A stretch of 64,000 nt of DNA from an uncultured Pelagibacteraceae bacterium (lineage in GTDB: Bacteria; Pseudomonadota; Alphaproteobacteria; Pelagibacterales; AG-422-B15): contig CACPLH010000004.1 of the NCBI GenBank assembly GCA_902634765.1, positions 20,081 to 84,080 of the forward strand, in the 5' to 3' direction. The notes under the pieces were generated by a model. It had not been told where the DNA came from. It did not search any database and was given only the letters and a program-made list of their open reading frames with translations. Within the stretch, counting starts at the first letter, position 1. Each line of letters begins with the position of its first letter. A program made the position numbers and the translations under genes. Below are positions 20,280 through 29,042 of this stretch, one piece after another.

Positions 20280-21746
20280 ATGAGAAAGATTTTCAAACTT
20301 TCTTTTTTTTTAATCATCTATTTTGTATCCAGTGTTTATTCATCTTCAACGGATCTTTCAAATATCGATAATAATTTTAATACCCCAGAAGAATTTGAAG
20401 AATTTTCAGGTGGAGAGGGCACCGTTAAAGTAAATAATAAAAATTCTTTTTCACTGCCAATGAAAAATCTCCGTGCAGATCAAAAGATTGATTTTCTCAT
20501 CGGAAATGGTCTTTTTAAAAGAGAATGGATTCCCGCGCCATCAATTAAAACTTCCTCAGATGGTTTAGGACCTTTTTTTAATGCTAGTTCATGTCAAGGA
20601 TGTCATATTAAAGATGGGAGGGGGCATCCGCCAAATCTAACTTTAGACTTTGATGACTCAATCTCAATGGTTTTTCACCTATCAATCCCACCTCAAACAG
20701 AAGATGATGTTAATTCATTGAATAGTTATCAAATTAAATCAATTGATGATCCCATGTATGGAGGGCAACTTAGTGATTTTGCGATCGATGATTTATTGCC
20801 AGAGGGTCAAATTGAAATTAACTATGAATTTATTCCTGTAGCATTTGATAATGGCACAGTTGTAACATTAAGTAAGCCCATTTATTCTATTAAAGAACTC
20901 AATTACGGCGATCTTCATCCCAATATTCAAATTTCAGCCAGAGTGGCTCAGCCAATGATTGGGCTTGGCTTAATTCAATCCATAGATCCAAAAGATATTC
21001 TTGCTAATCAAGATCCAGATGATGAAAATAATGATACTGTAAGTGGAGTTGCAAATATTGTTTGGGATTACAGCTCAAATAATACAAATATAGGATTATT
21101 TGGTTGGAAAGCGGCTCAACCATCAATAAGACAGCAGTCAGCTGATGCATTTCATAATGATATGGGTCTTTCGTCAGTGCATTATCCAAATGGATCAAAT
21201 TGCACAGAGAAACAAACAGAATGCAATCAATTTGAGAATGGTAATGATTTGAATAATGATTTTGAATTATCCAGTGGTCAAATCGATTTAATTGAGTTTT
21301 ATTCAAGCCATCTGGCAGTTCCTGCAAGAAGAGATCATGATAACGAGAAAGTGCTGGCGGGAAAGAAAATATTTTATAAGTCAGGTTGTACTTCTTGTCA
21401 TACACCAAAGTTTATTACTGCCAAATCAAACTATAGCAGTGCTTTATCAGAACAGCTTATTTGGCCTTATTCAGATTTTTTACTTCATGATATGGGAGAT
21501 GGCTTAGCAGATGAAAGCAAAGCTTTTAAAGCGAGTGGTAGAGAGTGGAGAACTCAGCCATTATGGGGAATTGGTCTTACTGAAACAGTAAATGGCCATA
21601 CAAAATTTCTACACGATGGACGCGCGAATAACCTTTTAGAAGCAATTTTATGGCATGGCGGAGAGGCTGAAAGTTCAAAACAAAAAATATTAAAACTATC
21701 AGTGGAACAGGTTGAAAATTTGATTAAATTTATAGAGTCCTTATAA
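20280..21746 (+). CDS. Di-haem oxidoreductase family protein (DUF1111)
   Basis: Signal peptide; DGLGP..NA.SCQGCH, FGWKA, CTSCH, LLHDMG, EWRT.PLWG, LHDGRA. Confidence 0.85.
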   Translation: MRKIFKLSFFLIIYFVSSVYSSSTDLSNIDNNFNTPEEFEEFSGGEGTVKVNNKNSFSLPMKNLRADQKIDFLIGNGLFKREWIPAPSIKTSSDGLGPFFNASSCQGCHIKDGRGHPPNLTLDFDDSISMVFHLSIPPQTEDDVNSLNSYQIKSIDDPMYGGQLSDFAIDDLLPEGQIEINYEFIPVAFDNGTVVTLSKPIYSIKELNYGDLHPNIQISARVAQPMIGLGLIQSIDPKDILANQDPDDENNDTVSGVANIVWDYSSNNTNIGLFGWKAAQPSIRQQSADAFHNDMGLSSVHYPNGSNCTEKQTECNQFENGNDLNNDFELSSGQIDLIEFYSSHLAVPARRDHDNEKVLAGKKIFYKSGCTSCHTPKFITAKSNYSSALSEQLIWPYSDFLLHDMGDGLADESKAFKASGREWRTQPLWGIGLTETVNGHTKFLHDGRANNLLEAILWHGGEAESSKQKILKLSVEQVENLIKFIESL

Positions 21747-21753
21747 AGAGTTA

Positions 21754-21924
21754 ATGATAATGAAGTATATCTATCCGATAATTGCATCCTTAGTTGTAGG
21801 ATCTTTGTTCAGCTGGGCATATTTATCTACCTATGGCTTTGGTATTACTTACCTTATTTTTGTATCAATGATGATAGGAATGGTATTTATTGCATTTGAC
21901 GCTTGGAAAAATCGAGATAAATAG
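21754..21924 (+). CDS. Small two-TM membrane protein, 56 aa (not in ORF track)
   Basis: Hand translation MIMKYIYPIIASLVVGSLFSWAYLSTYGFGITYLIFVSMMIGMVFIAFDAWKNRDK; starts 7 bp after the upstream stop. Confidence 0.6.
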   Translation: MIMKYIYPIIASLVVGSLFSWAYLSTYGFGITYLIFVSMMIGMVFIAFDAWKNRDK

Positions 21925-21930
21925 ATCTGA

Positions 21931-22086
21931 ATGAATAAAAATATTTTTCAGAATATGGGGCCTTCAGGTGATGATAATAAGAGCAATTCATCTGAAACTA
22001 AGAATCCAAATAAAGCAAGAAATTGGGTGTTGACTTGGTACTCATTGGTGGCAACTGTTGTCATAATCTATTTACTTATTAGGTGA
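21931..22086 (+). CDS. Small C-terminally anchored membrane protein, 51 aa (not in ORF track)
   Basis: MNKNIFQNMGPSGDDNKSNSSETKNPNKARNWVLTWYSLVATVVIIYLLIR; stop overlaps the next start (GTGA). Confidence 0.6.
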   Translation: MNKNIFQNMGPSGDDNKSNSSETKNPNKARNWVLTWYSLVATVVIIYLLIR

Positions 22087-22325
22087 AACATTTACTAAAT
22101 CAAATTAAAGAAACGATAGTTTGCGTTAAGTGCTCTGATGAGTTTATGACGGGGTCAACAGATGCTAAATCACTTCAAGATTATTCAAAAATTGATGCAG
22201 GCTTTACAGAACGTGGTCTTCAATTATGGTGTCAAAGACATCAAGTTAATATTTGTCATATTGATTTTGAAGGAAAAAAACTAGATATTGATTTTAGATG
22301 CCTTGAAAAGAAAAGTAGCCCATAA
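22083..22325 (+). CDS. Small putative Zn-binding hypothetical protein
   Basis: CVKC ... WCQRH ... CH; coupled to the upstream ORF. Confidence 0.7.
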   Translation: MKHLLNQIKETIVCVKCSDEFMTGSTDAKSLQDYSKIDAGFTERGLQLWCQRHQVNICHIDFEGKKLDIDFRCLEKKSSP

Positions 22326-22334
22326 TAAAATAAA

Positions 22335-22445
22335 ATGATGTTAAAACATTTTTTTATCACTATTAATCTGAGTGCTATTACATTTACTGTTATGGTTATG
22401 TTAAATTACGAATCTCAAAATTCAATTCATGTTTTGTGCGGTTAA
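22335..22445 (+). CDS. Possible 36-aa hydrophobic peptide (not in ORF track)
   Basis: MMLKHFFITINLSAITFTVMVMLNYESQNSIHVLCG fills the gap between its neighbours. Confidence 0.4.
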   Translation: MMLKHFFITINLSAITFTVMVMLNYESQNSIHVLCG

Positions 22446-22450
22446 TATTA

Positions 22451-22609
22451 ATGTTTGGTTTACTTCCACCGATACAAGATAAAAGAGAATTTAAAAAAGA
22501 TCCCAATAAGAAAAAGAATGTTAATTTTCCAAAGCCATTAAAGATCATTAATATTATTTTTTACTTAGCTGCGCTTATAATCCTCGTATTTTTTATAGTA
22601 TCAAATTAG
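22451..22609 (+). CDS. Small C-terminally anchored membrane protein, 52 aa (not in ORF track)
   Basis: MFGLLPPIQDKREFKKDPNKKKNVNFPKPLKIINIIFYLAALIILVFFIVSN; 5-bp gaps on both sides. Confidence 0.6.
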   Translation: MFGLLPPIQDKREFKKDPNKKKNVNFPKPLKIINIIFYLAALIILVFFIVSN

Positions 22610-22614
22610 ATTTA

Positions 22615-22848
22615 ATGAATATGCCTTACTTTATAAAATGGATCCTATCTTTACTCTTGGCTGGCCTTTATTGGTATGTAGGATTATTTTTTCTTAGTAT
22701 TATTCTAGCTCGATTTGATATTATAGATGAAAGTCTTATAGAGGGAGACAATATCATCGTTTATGTAATCGCTTGGGTTATTGCCGTTCCTTTGGCATTT
22801 AAATCAACAAATACTCAATTTTTCTTTGGAGCAAAAAAAGATAGATGA
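22615..22848 (+). CDS. Small two-TM membrane protein
   Basis: Two hydrophobic segments and a basic tail. Confidence 0.65.
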   Translation: MNMPYFIKWILSLLLAGLYWYVGLFFLSIILARFDIIDESLIEGDNIIVYVIAWVIAVPLAFKSTNTQFFFGAKKDR

Positions 22849-22963
22849 AAATATCGACTTAGGTAACGTTATTCGCCCATATACGCGTTCACCATACGTA
22901 TAAGGTACGTTAAGAAACAAGAGTTATCAAAGGTTTTTGTTATACTTTAGTATATCAATGTAT

Positions 22964-22981
22964 GTATGCGTAAGTATGCGT
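22964..22981 (+). repeat. Tandem GTATGCGT x2 (10-bp period) in a CG-rich intergenic spacer
   Basis: Copies at 22964-22971 and 22974-22981. Confidence 0.6.
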
Positions 22982-23002
22982 GACTGAGAGTGCGCGAGCG
23001 AG

Positions 23003-23020
23003 TTTCGTGCGAGTAAATTT
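23003..23020 (+). repeat. Left copy of 18-bp direct repeat TTTCGTGCGAGTAAATTT
   Basis: Identical to 30272-30289. Confidence 0.85.
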
Positions 23021-23531
23021 ATTTTTTAAAAATATATATTATTATCCCGAGCAAAAATAATCCCATACATAAATATTGAATGTTTTGAAGTGATATAAGT
23101 CCCAATAAATGGTTTCCATCTGAAAAGGGAAAATATGGCTTCATATCTAGAGCAACAAAACTATCAAGAAGAATATGAGTATATGCTCCAATGAATGCAC
23201 TTAACCATGCAGACGTTTTAGTTATTTTAGATGATGAACGCATCCATTTTAGGCTAGATACATACTTCTCATTTAATATGAAATTATTCCAAATTCTTAA
23301 GCCAAATTCACAAAGGTATTTCCCAAATGTTGCACAAATTACAGCGATAATGGTTGCTGCAACCCATGTATGAAAAAGCTTATGAGCCACGACCCCTGTG
23401 GTAAAAAGATAATAGGCACCTTCTGTATCAATTAATACATTAGCCAGGACAAATACAGTCCAGCTAAAGTATGTAGGTCTTGCAGACTTTGGAGCAACGC
23501 CAGCAATTAAGTGAAATGGGGTAAATGGCAT
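23019..23531 (-). CDS. Membrane-bound metal-dependent hydrolase-like protein (DUF4184/YdjM-like)
   Basis: MPFTPFH, N.LID.E, H..FHT, THILLD, PYFPF. Confidence 0.7.
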   Translation of the reverse strand: MPFTPFHLIAGVAPKSARPTYFSWTVFVLANVLIDTEGAYYLFTTGVVAHKLFHTWVAATIIAVICATFGKYLCEFGLRIWNNFILNEKYVSSLKWMRSSSKITKTSAWLSAFIGAYTHILLDSFVALDMKPYFPFSDGNHLLGLISLQNIQYLCMGLFLLGIIIYIFKK

Positions 23532-23714
23532 TTAATATGTTTTAATTTTTGCAATAATAAACAGACATTGTGCAGATGTATAACTAGAAGAAGGCAATAG
23601 TGTGTTCGAGAAGTTATCTTAACAATGAAAGACAATATTCAGACATAATCTAAGCACAAATAGAACTAATTAAATTTCTATATTAAGAGAATCAACTCAC
23701 AGAAAGGAAATTTA

Positions 23715-24425
23715 ATGAACAAAAAGACCTACATTAACCCTCGATCATATGTTCACGAGGCCACTCTCTTTATCAACCCATCTAAAAAAAATAAGATGAT
23801 GCATCCAAATAAATCAAAAAAGCCCAGCATAATTTTAAGTTTTCTAATTGTTATTCTAACTTTTTCATCTGTTCTAGCTTATTCATTTATCGCAAAAGCC
23901 AATCCAACATATTGGAATATTGACCATGAGAGTGATGAGGAATGGATAAATATTGACGCATTTGGAATGGTATCAGAAAATATGATGGCCATATCAATGC
24001 ATAAAGAAAGATGCAACGAATTAGATGTCGACTTTTATTTTACCAGTTACGCGGAAAATAGAGCAGATGATGGATTTAAATTTGCACTAGAAGTAATAGA
24101 ACAGCCATACAATGGAGAGGACTATAATAATTATGAAGAGGAATTATTTGTTGCGTATTCAGAACAGAGAGGCGAGCGTACTTTTTATCTATTGGATGAT
24201 GGTTATCTCTATGATACTGAGCGCTGGCTTGAAGTACTTAAAAATTCAAGTCCATTTGCTCAAAAAATAATATTAAAAAAACATAAAGAACCTGAATACG
24301 ATATTGATACATCCTCTTTAATGACGGATATAGATGAAGTGTGGGACATGACAGACCTGCCTGAAATTTTATCTAGGGAGTATCAAAATTGTCGTTTCAG
24401 GAATTTTAAAGAATTAGAAATATGA
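23715..24425 (+). CDS. Hypothetical exported/membrane-anchored acidic protein
   Basis: AGAAAGGA RBS; hydrophobic IILSFLIVILTFSSVLAYSF followed by an Asp/Glu-rich domain. Confidence 0.6.
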   Translation: MNKKTYINPRSYVHEATLFINPSKKNKMMHPNKSKKPSIILSFLIVILTFSSVLAYSFIAKANPTYWNIDHESDEEWINIDAFGMVSENMMAISMHKERCNELDVDFYFTSYAENRADDGFKFALEVIEQPYNGEDYNNYEEELFVAYSEQRGERTFYLLDDGYLYDTERWLEVLKNSSPFAQKIILKKHKEPEYDIDTSSLMTDIDEVWDMTDLPEILSREYQNCRFRNFKELEI

Positions 24426-24492
24426 AAAATATCATAATTATAACCTCATATTTTAAAACGTGATTTATACACAACTAGCAGAAAGGCAATAA

Positions 24493-24623
24493 ATTCAACA
24501 ACTTATTCGGTACATATGTACCATATAACTAATTGATAACTATTGATAAATTGAGGAATTAATTCCTGAAATTTATAAACAAAATCAATAACTTATTTTT
24601 ATAGATATACAGATAAGTATCTG
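24493..24623. promoter_or_regulatory. Cluster of three 14-bp palindromes and IHF-like sites
   Basis: GGTACATATGTACC 24509-24522, AGGAATTAATTCCT 24554-24567, CAGATAAGTATCTG 24610-24623; WATCAAN4TTR at 24526-24538(-), 24583-24595(+), one-mismatch copy at 24493-24505. Confidence 0.5.
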
Positions 24624-24722
24624 AATTATAACGATTTTAAAACTGACTAATTTAAAATGATCATGTGCAATAATACTATTAAAATAAAATAATATTTATT
24701 TACTAAAATTTATTAAATTATA

Positions 24723-24751
24723 TTGACGAATTTCGTAAAATAAGAAATAAT
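24723..24751 (+). promoter_or_regulatory. Sigma70-like promoter of the islet operon with overlapping inverted repeat
   Basis: TTGACG-17 bp-AATAAT; TTgACGAA-T-TTCGTaAA dyad at 24723-24739. Confidence 0.55.
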
Positions 24752-24781
24752 GAAATTCATCAATTAAAGAAAGGTTAAATA

Positions 24782-25012
24782 ATGTCAGAAAAAAGAGAAA
24801 AATTCCTTAAATATGGGAATATTAGATTAACAAATGCTTTAGACTCAATCAGACGTCTTGGCAATTTGTCAAATAAAAGGGCTTATGATTATAGTAAAAC
24901 TGATATCGATAAGATAACATCAGCCCTTAATAAAGAAGTCGCAGCGCTGAAAGCAAAGTTTTCAGAAGCGAGTAAAAAAGGATCAAAAAAAAATAGTGAT
25001 ATTTTAATATGA
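24782..25012 (+). CDS. Small basic helical protein, paralog 1 (putative regulator)
   Basis: KREKFL..GN.RL..ALD.IR.LGNLSNK..YDY...DIDKI...L..EV..LKAKF; GAAAGG RBS. Confidence 0.75.
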   Translation: MSEKREKFLKYGNIRLTNALDSIRRLGNLSNKRAYDYSKTDIDKITSALNKEVAALKAKFSEASKKGSKKNSDILI

Positions 25013-25203
25013 TTAACAATAATAGAAAAAAAAATTTTCTTAGGTTAGCTAATAAAAGAATGAAAAAGCTAACTGATCAATTTAGAAAAATAAAAAATTT
25101 GTCAAATAAGTATAATTACGAATATGACAACGATGATGTAGAAATAATTTTAATTTCTATAAGAGATGAAATAAAAAACTTAAAAACACGTTTTGAATGC
25201 TGA
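25009..25203 (+). CDS. Small basic helical protein, paralog 2
   Basis: Aligns with paralog 1 (FL..N.R...D..R...NLSNK..Y.Y...D...I......E...LK..F); ATGA overlap. Confidence 0.7.
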   Translation: MINNNRKKNFLRLANKRMKKLTDQFRKIKNLSNKYNYEYDNDDVEIILISIRDEIKNLKTRFEC

Positions 25204-27815
25204 TGGAAAAAAATAAAGAATTATTACTGAACTTACTAAATGCAGATTCAGCTCAAGACGTGATAAAAATACTGAAACATGAGAATTACTGGGATGATAG
25301 AACTAAATGGAGATATCTTGGTGACTCAGAGGGAAATGTCTCTACAGTCGAAAATCAGCAAAAAAGTCCTTTTGGAGCGATCTCAGAATTACTGACTAAT
25401 CAAAATGATGCTCGCATTAGTAGACAGTACTTGCTTGATCCAAATACTAATAAAGATGGAAAAAATGAAAAGTCTCCTAAAAACCTAAAAGAAGCTGTTC
25501 ACAAATATTTTATTTCAGAAGTGGATAACAATTTTGACCTTGGTGAATCTTATAATGTTTTAAGCAAAGATAAAGTTAACAAATTAATTGATGGTAACGT
25601 CATATGTGTTACAGGAGGAGGAACTCAGAAAGATAGCGTTAAAAAACCTTGTATTACTGTTATTGACAATGGTGAGGGACAAACTCCGTTAAAAATGCCC
25701 GATACTATTCTGTCATTGAATCAAAATAACAAAAGAGCTGCAGAGTTTTTACAGGGTAAATTTAACATGGGAGGCTCTGGAAACGCATTTTTTTGCGAAA
25801 ACGGTTTTAAACTCATAATATCTAAGAGATGTCCAAAAATAGTCTATAAAGAACATGCGAAAGACGAACGTGATCACGAATGGGGCTATACAATCATCAG
25901 ACGATTTAAACCTCATGAAAATGGTCATAAAAAAGCAGAGTATATGTACCTTGCACCATTAGATGGTAAACAAATATTGTCTGTTAAAGATCAATTTCTT
26001 CCTCTTTTACCAAGTGAGTCGCAAAAGATTGATGGGGAATGGAAATCACCGAATGCATTCAGCGAACCAGCTGAATATGGGACATTAATTAAATTATACG
26101 AATACAATATTAAAAAAAAATCACTAGCAACATACGATATACTTCCTGAGATTGAAAATAGACTGCCACAAAATCCTTTACCTGTAAGATTATATGAGTG
26201 TAGAGATTTTAAGGGCAAGCAAGCCTCTTTTACTAATCCTGTTGTTGGTCTTGTGAATCGTTTTGCAAGAAATAAAAATCAATTTGAAAAGATAAGTAGA
26301 GCAAGCGATGAATTTAGTGTTCAAAATAAAAATGCTGTTACTACAAGAAACTTAGATAAATTCAAAATTGAGTTTTATTGTTATAAACAGGAGTTTAAAG
26401 AAAAAAAAGATGGAACAAAAGAGGTAAAATCTAGAGCAAATTTAGAAGCTATTAACTTTACCATAAATGGTCAATCTCATGGGACAAAAAAGAGATCTTT
26501 TTTCAATAAAAAAGAATTAACGCGACTTGAATGGGTAAAAAATGACTTATGGATACATGTAGATGCAACTGACGTCTCATTTGATAGCGTAAGTGATTAT
26601 TTTAAAGCTGATAGGGATACCCTATATGAAAATCCCGAAGCAACTAGACTTTTTGAACAAATTGTTGATCTTCTATCAAATCATGAGGATTTAATAAGAT
26701 TAAGTCAAGAAAGAGAAGAAAAAGCATTATCTGAGTCAGAAACAGATGAAACACAAAAAAAACTTATACAGCAATTTGTAAGCGAAAATGAAGACATTTT
26801 TCAAAAATTAGATCCAGGTTATGAATTCACTGCTCAAAACCCAATCGTTAGACCAAAAGATATTTCTCAAGAGCCTATAAAAATACAAACTAGTCCGAAC
26901 CCTAAAGTGTTTGAATTTTTGAAGAACATAATAAGAAAAAATAAAGGTGAAAGTGTAAAAGATAATGCAAGTTTAGATGCAATTGTTTCAAGAGATACAA
27001 AATTCACTTTTGATATGGTTATAGATGTAGATGATAATTATTTTGATAGATACAAAAATAAAGGAAAGCTTGATGTGTTAGTGAAGTCGCATCAAATGGA
27101 AAAATATGAGCCAATTTCATACCAGTATCAAAGAGTATTTAGCAATCAGCAATTAAAATATAAAGTAAATATACCAAAAGACGCAGGGATAGGATCAATA
27201 ATAAATTTTAAATTTATTTTATCTGACAATAAAACAAAACCGATAGAATTACTTGCAAATTGTACGGTTCAATCAAAGAAAATAAGATCAACTACTACAA
27301 AAAATAAAACAAAAAGAAAAGACAAAAATAAAGAACAAAATCCTTCCGAAAATGAGGGGGTAAAAGCAGGAATAGTAAGACCAGGTTCTGATATACCGGA
27401 ACTAATTCCAGTACATAAATCTGAATGGCATCTGGGGTGGAATATGAATGAAAAATCATGCGTTAAATTTATTAGGGGAACTGAACAAGGCAAGGATCGA
27501 TATGGCTTAAATATGGATAACAAAAGATACTTAAATCTTTTAGAAGAATGTAAGAGCGAAGCTGAAAAGAAAAAATTAAAATTAAAATATTCAATGATTA
27601 TGACTGCTCAAATACTTGAGTTAATTAATAGCCATGAAGAGAATGATAAGATGGCATCTAACGCAGATGCGACAGAGGAAAATAACAAAGATACGATGTC
27701 TTATTCTGATAAAGTTGAATTAGTTACAATGAGTCAGGCAGGAATGATTGAACTTGTTACTGAAAGAATTCCTAAAGCATTAAATAAAAAAATAAATTTT
27801 AATTACTCAGACTAA
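25197..27815 (+). CDS. GHKL (Bergerat-fold, MORC/MutL-like) ATPase with long C-terminal extension
   Basis: N-box ELLTNQNDA, G1 IDNGEGQ, G2 QGKFNMGGSG, terminal GTLIKL strand. Confidence 0.75.
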   Translation: MLMEKNKELLLNLLNADSAQDVIKILKHENYWDDRTKWRYLGDSEGNVSTVENQQKSPFGAISELLTNQNDARISRQYLLDPNTNKDGKNEKSPKNLKEAVHKYFISEVDNNFDLGESYNVLSKDKVNKLIDGNVICVTGGGTQKDSVKKPCITVIDNGEGQTPLKMPDTILSLNQNNKRAAEFLQGKFNMGGSGNAFFCENGFKLIISKRCPKIVYKEHAKDERDHEWGYTIIRRFKPHENGHKKAEYMYLAPLDGKQILSVKDQFLPLLPSESQKIDGEWKSPNAFSEPAEYGTLIKLYEYNIKKKSLATYDILPEIENRLPQNPLPVRLYECRDFKGKQASFTNPVVGLVNRFARNKNQFEKISRASDEFSVQNKNAVTTRNLDKFKIEFYCYKQEFKEKKDGTKEVKSRANLEAINFTINGQSHGTKKRSFFNKKELTRLEWVKNDLWIHVDATDVSFDSVSDYFKADRDTLYENPEATRLFEQIVDLLSNHEDLIRLSQEREEKALSESETDETQKKLIQQFVSENEDIFQKLDPGYEFTAQNPIVRPKDISQEPIKIQTSPNPKVFEFLKNIIRKNKGESVKDNASLDAIVSRDTKFTFDMVIDVDDNYFDRYKNKGKLDVLVKSHQMEKYEPISYQYQRVFSNQQLKYKVNIPKDAGIGSIINFKFILSDNKTKPIELLANCTVQSKKIRSTTTKNKTKRKDKNKEQNPSENEGVKAGIVRPGSDIPELIPVHKSEWHLGWNMNEKSCVKFIRGTEQGKDRYGLNMDNKRYLNLLEECKSEAEKKKLKLKYSMIMTAQILELINSHEENDKMASNADATEENNKDTMSYSDKVELVTMSQAGMIELVTERIPKALNKKINFNYSD

Positions 27816-27818
27816 TAA

Positions 27819-29042
27819 ATGAAAAAATTTTTAACAAATAAAAGTAATAAAGAAATTAATGACATAATTGCATCAGTTAAAGATAAAAACAGAGTGAACG
27901 ATCCAATACACAGCCTTTATCAATATCCAGCAAGCTTTAGTCCTATTTTTGCCAGAACAATTATTAAAAATTTTTCTAAAGAAGGTGATTGTGTATTAGA
28001 TCCATTTATGGGTGGCGGAACAGCTGTTATTGAGGGAATTAGATTAGGACGAAACGTGATTGGAAATGATATTAATTCACTTTCCTTTTTTTTATCTCAA
28101 GCAAAATCTAAAAAACTTTCTTCTAATGATAGATTAGTTCTTAAAAAATGGCTTCAAAATATCATTGATAAGACTGATCTCAGTGCTGTAAGAAAAATTA
28201 CACCATCTAGAGTGCCAAAGCACATGTCTAACTCTTCAACTAAAAAATATATGAGATGGATTGATTTTTTTATACTAAAAACAAAAAAACTTAAGACAAA
28301 AAATCAAAAAAACTTTTCTTTGTTAGTTCTACTAAGGGTATCAAAAAGAATACTTGATGCTCATAAACAGCCTTTAGGAATAGATAAATTTAGAAATTTG
28401 TTTGTGAAATATTTCTATGAAGCATTAGATGCTTCATTTGATTATTCAAATAACATAATCGCACTTAAAAAAAGTAAGAAAAAACTAAAATCCTTAAAAA
28501 TAGACCTTTACAACGACCATGCTGAGAACCTTCATAAGAATATTAAAATTGTAAGAAAAAAACCTAACCTAATTATCACCTCGCCACCTTATCCTGGAGT
28601 AAATATTAATTATAATAGATGGCAGATAAATGGAAAATTAGATACCGATTTGCCATATTACATAATCAATAAAAAAGAAAATAATCAAAAACCATATTTT
28701 CACTTAGGTTCAAATTCATTAAGTGATGGCTTAACAAAAAAATATATGAAGAATGCTCTAAATGTTTACAGTGGTCTTCATAAAACGCTTGCGGATGATG
28801 GTTATTTGATACAGCTAGTAGGATTTGCTGATATTTCCTCACAATTTGATTTTTTCTTAAATGTAATGGCGCTCTCAGGATTCCATGAATTAAAAATAAA
28901 AAAACTTAACGGAAAAGGTGACGGGCGGATATGGAGAAATGTACCAGGACGTAAATGGCATGCATCTCAAAAAGGGAAGCTTCAGTCAAGTAACGAAGTA
29001 TTGCTAATACACAAGAAAATAAAAATGAATGGAGGCATATAA
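27819..29042 (+). CDS. Amino-DNA methyltransferase, alpha class (probably N4-cytosine)
   Basis: HSLYQYPASFSP, motif I VLDPFMGGGT before motif IV ITSPPY, LADDGYLI, EVLLIHK. Confidence 0.85.
   Translation: MKKFLTNKSNKEINDIIASVKDKNRVNDPIHSLYQYPASFSPIFARTIIKNFSKEGDCVLDPFMGGGTAVIEGIRLGRNVIGNDINSLSFFLSQAKSKKLSSNDRLVLKKWLQNIIDKTDLSAVRKITPSRVPKHMSNSSTKKYMRWIDFFILKTKKLKTKNQKNFSLLVLLRVSKRILDAHKQPLGIDKFRNLFVKYFYEALDASFDYSNNIIALKKSKKKLKSLKIDLYNDHAENLHKNIKIVRKKPNLIITSPPYPGVNINYNRWQINGKLDTDLPYYIINKKENNQKPYFHLGSNSLSDGLTKKYMKNALNVYSGLHKTLADDGYLIQLVGFADISSQFDFFLNVMALSGFHELKIKKLNGKGDGRIWRNVPGRKWHASQKGKLQSSNEVLLIHKKIKMNGGI

Noticed and set aside
21754..22848. Integron cassette array explanation for the microprotein run
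   Set aside because: Gaps of -4 to 9 bp leave no room for attC sites, and no integron integrase is present
22852..22879. dif-like site on minus strand, TGGGCGAATAA-CGTTAC-CTAAGTCGATA
   Set aside because: The XerC-like arm matches E. coli dif at 8/11, but the normally best-conserved XerD arm matches only 5/11; not supportable without GC-skew data
22851..24780. CRISPR array or tRNA at the islet boundary
   Set aside because: No regularly spaced repeat-spacer units, and no cloverleaf or T-loop in a tRNA context
25197..29042. Ordinary type II/III restriction-modification pair
   Set aside because: The large ORF is a GHKL ATPase with no helicase or recognisable endonuclease motifs; kept as an unknown system instead
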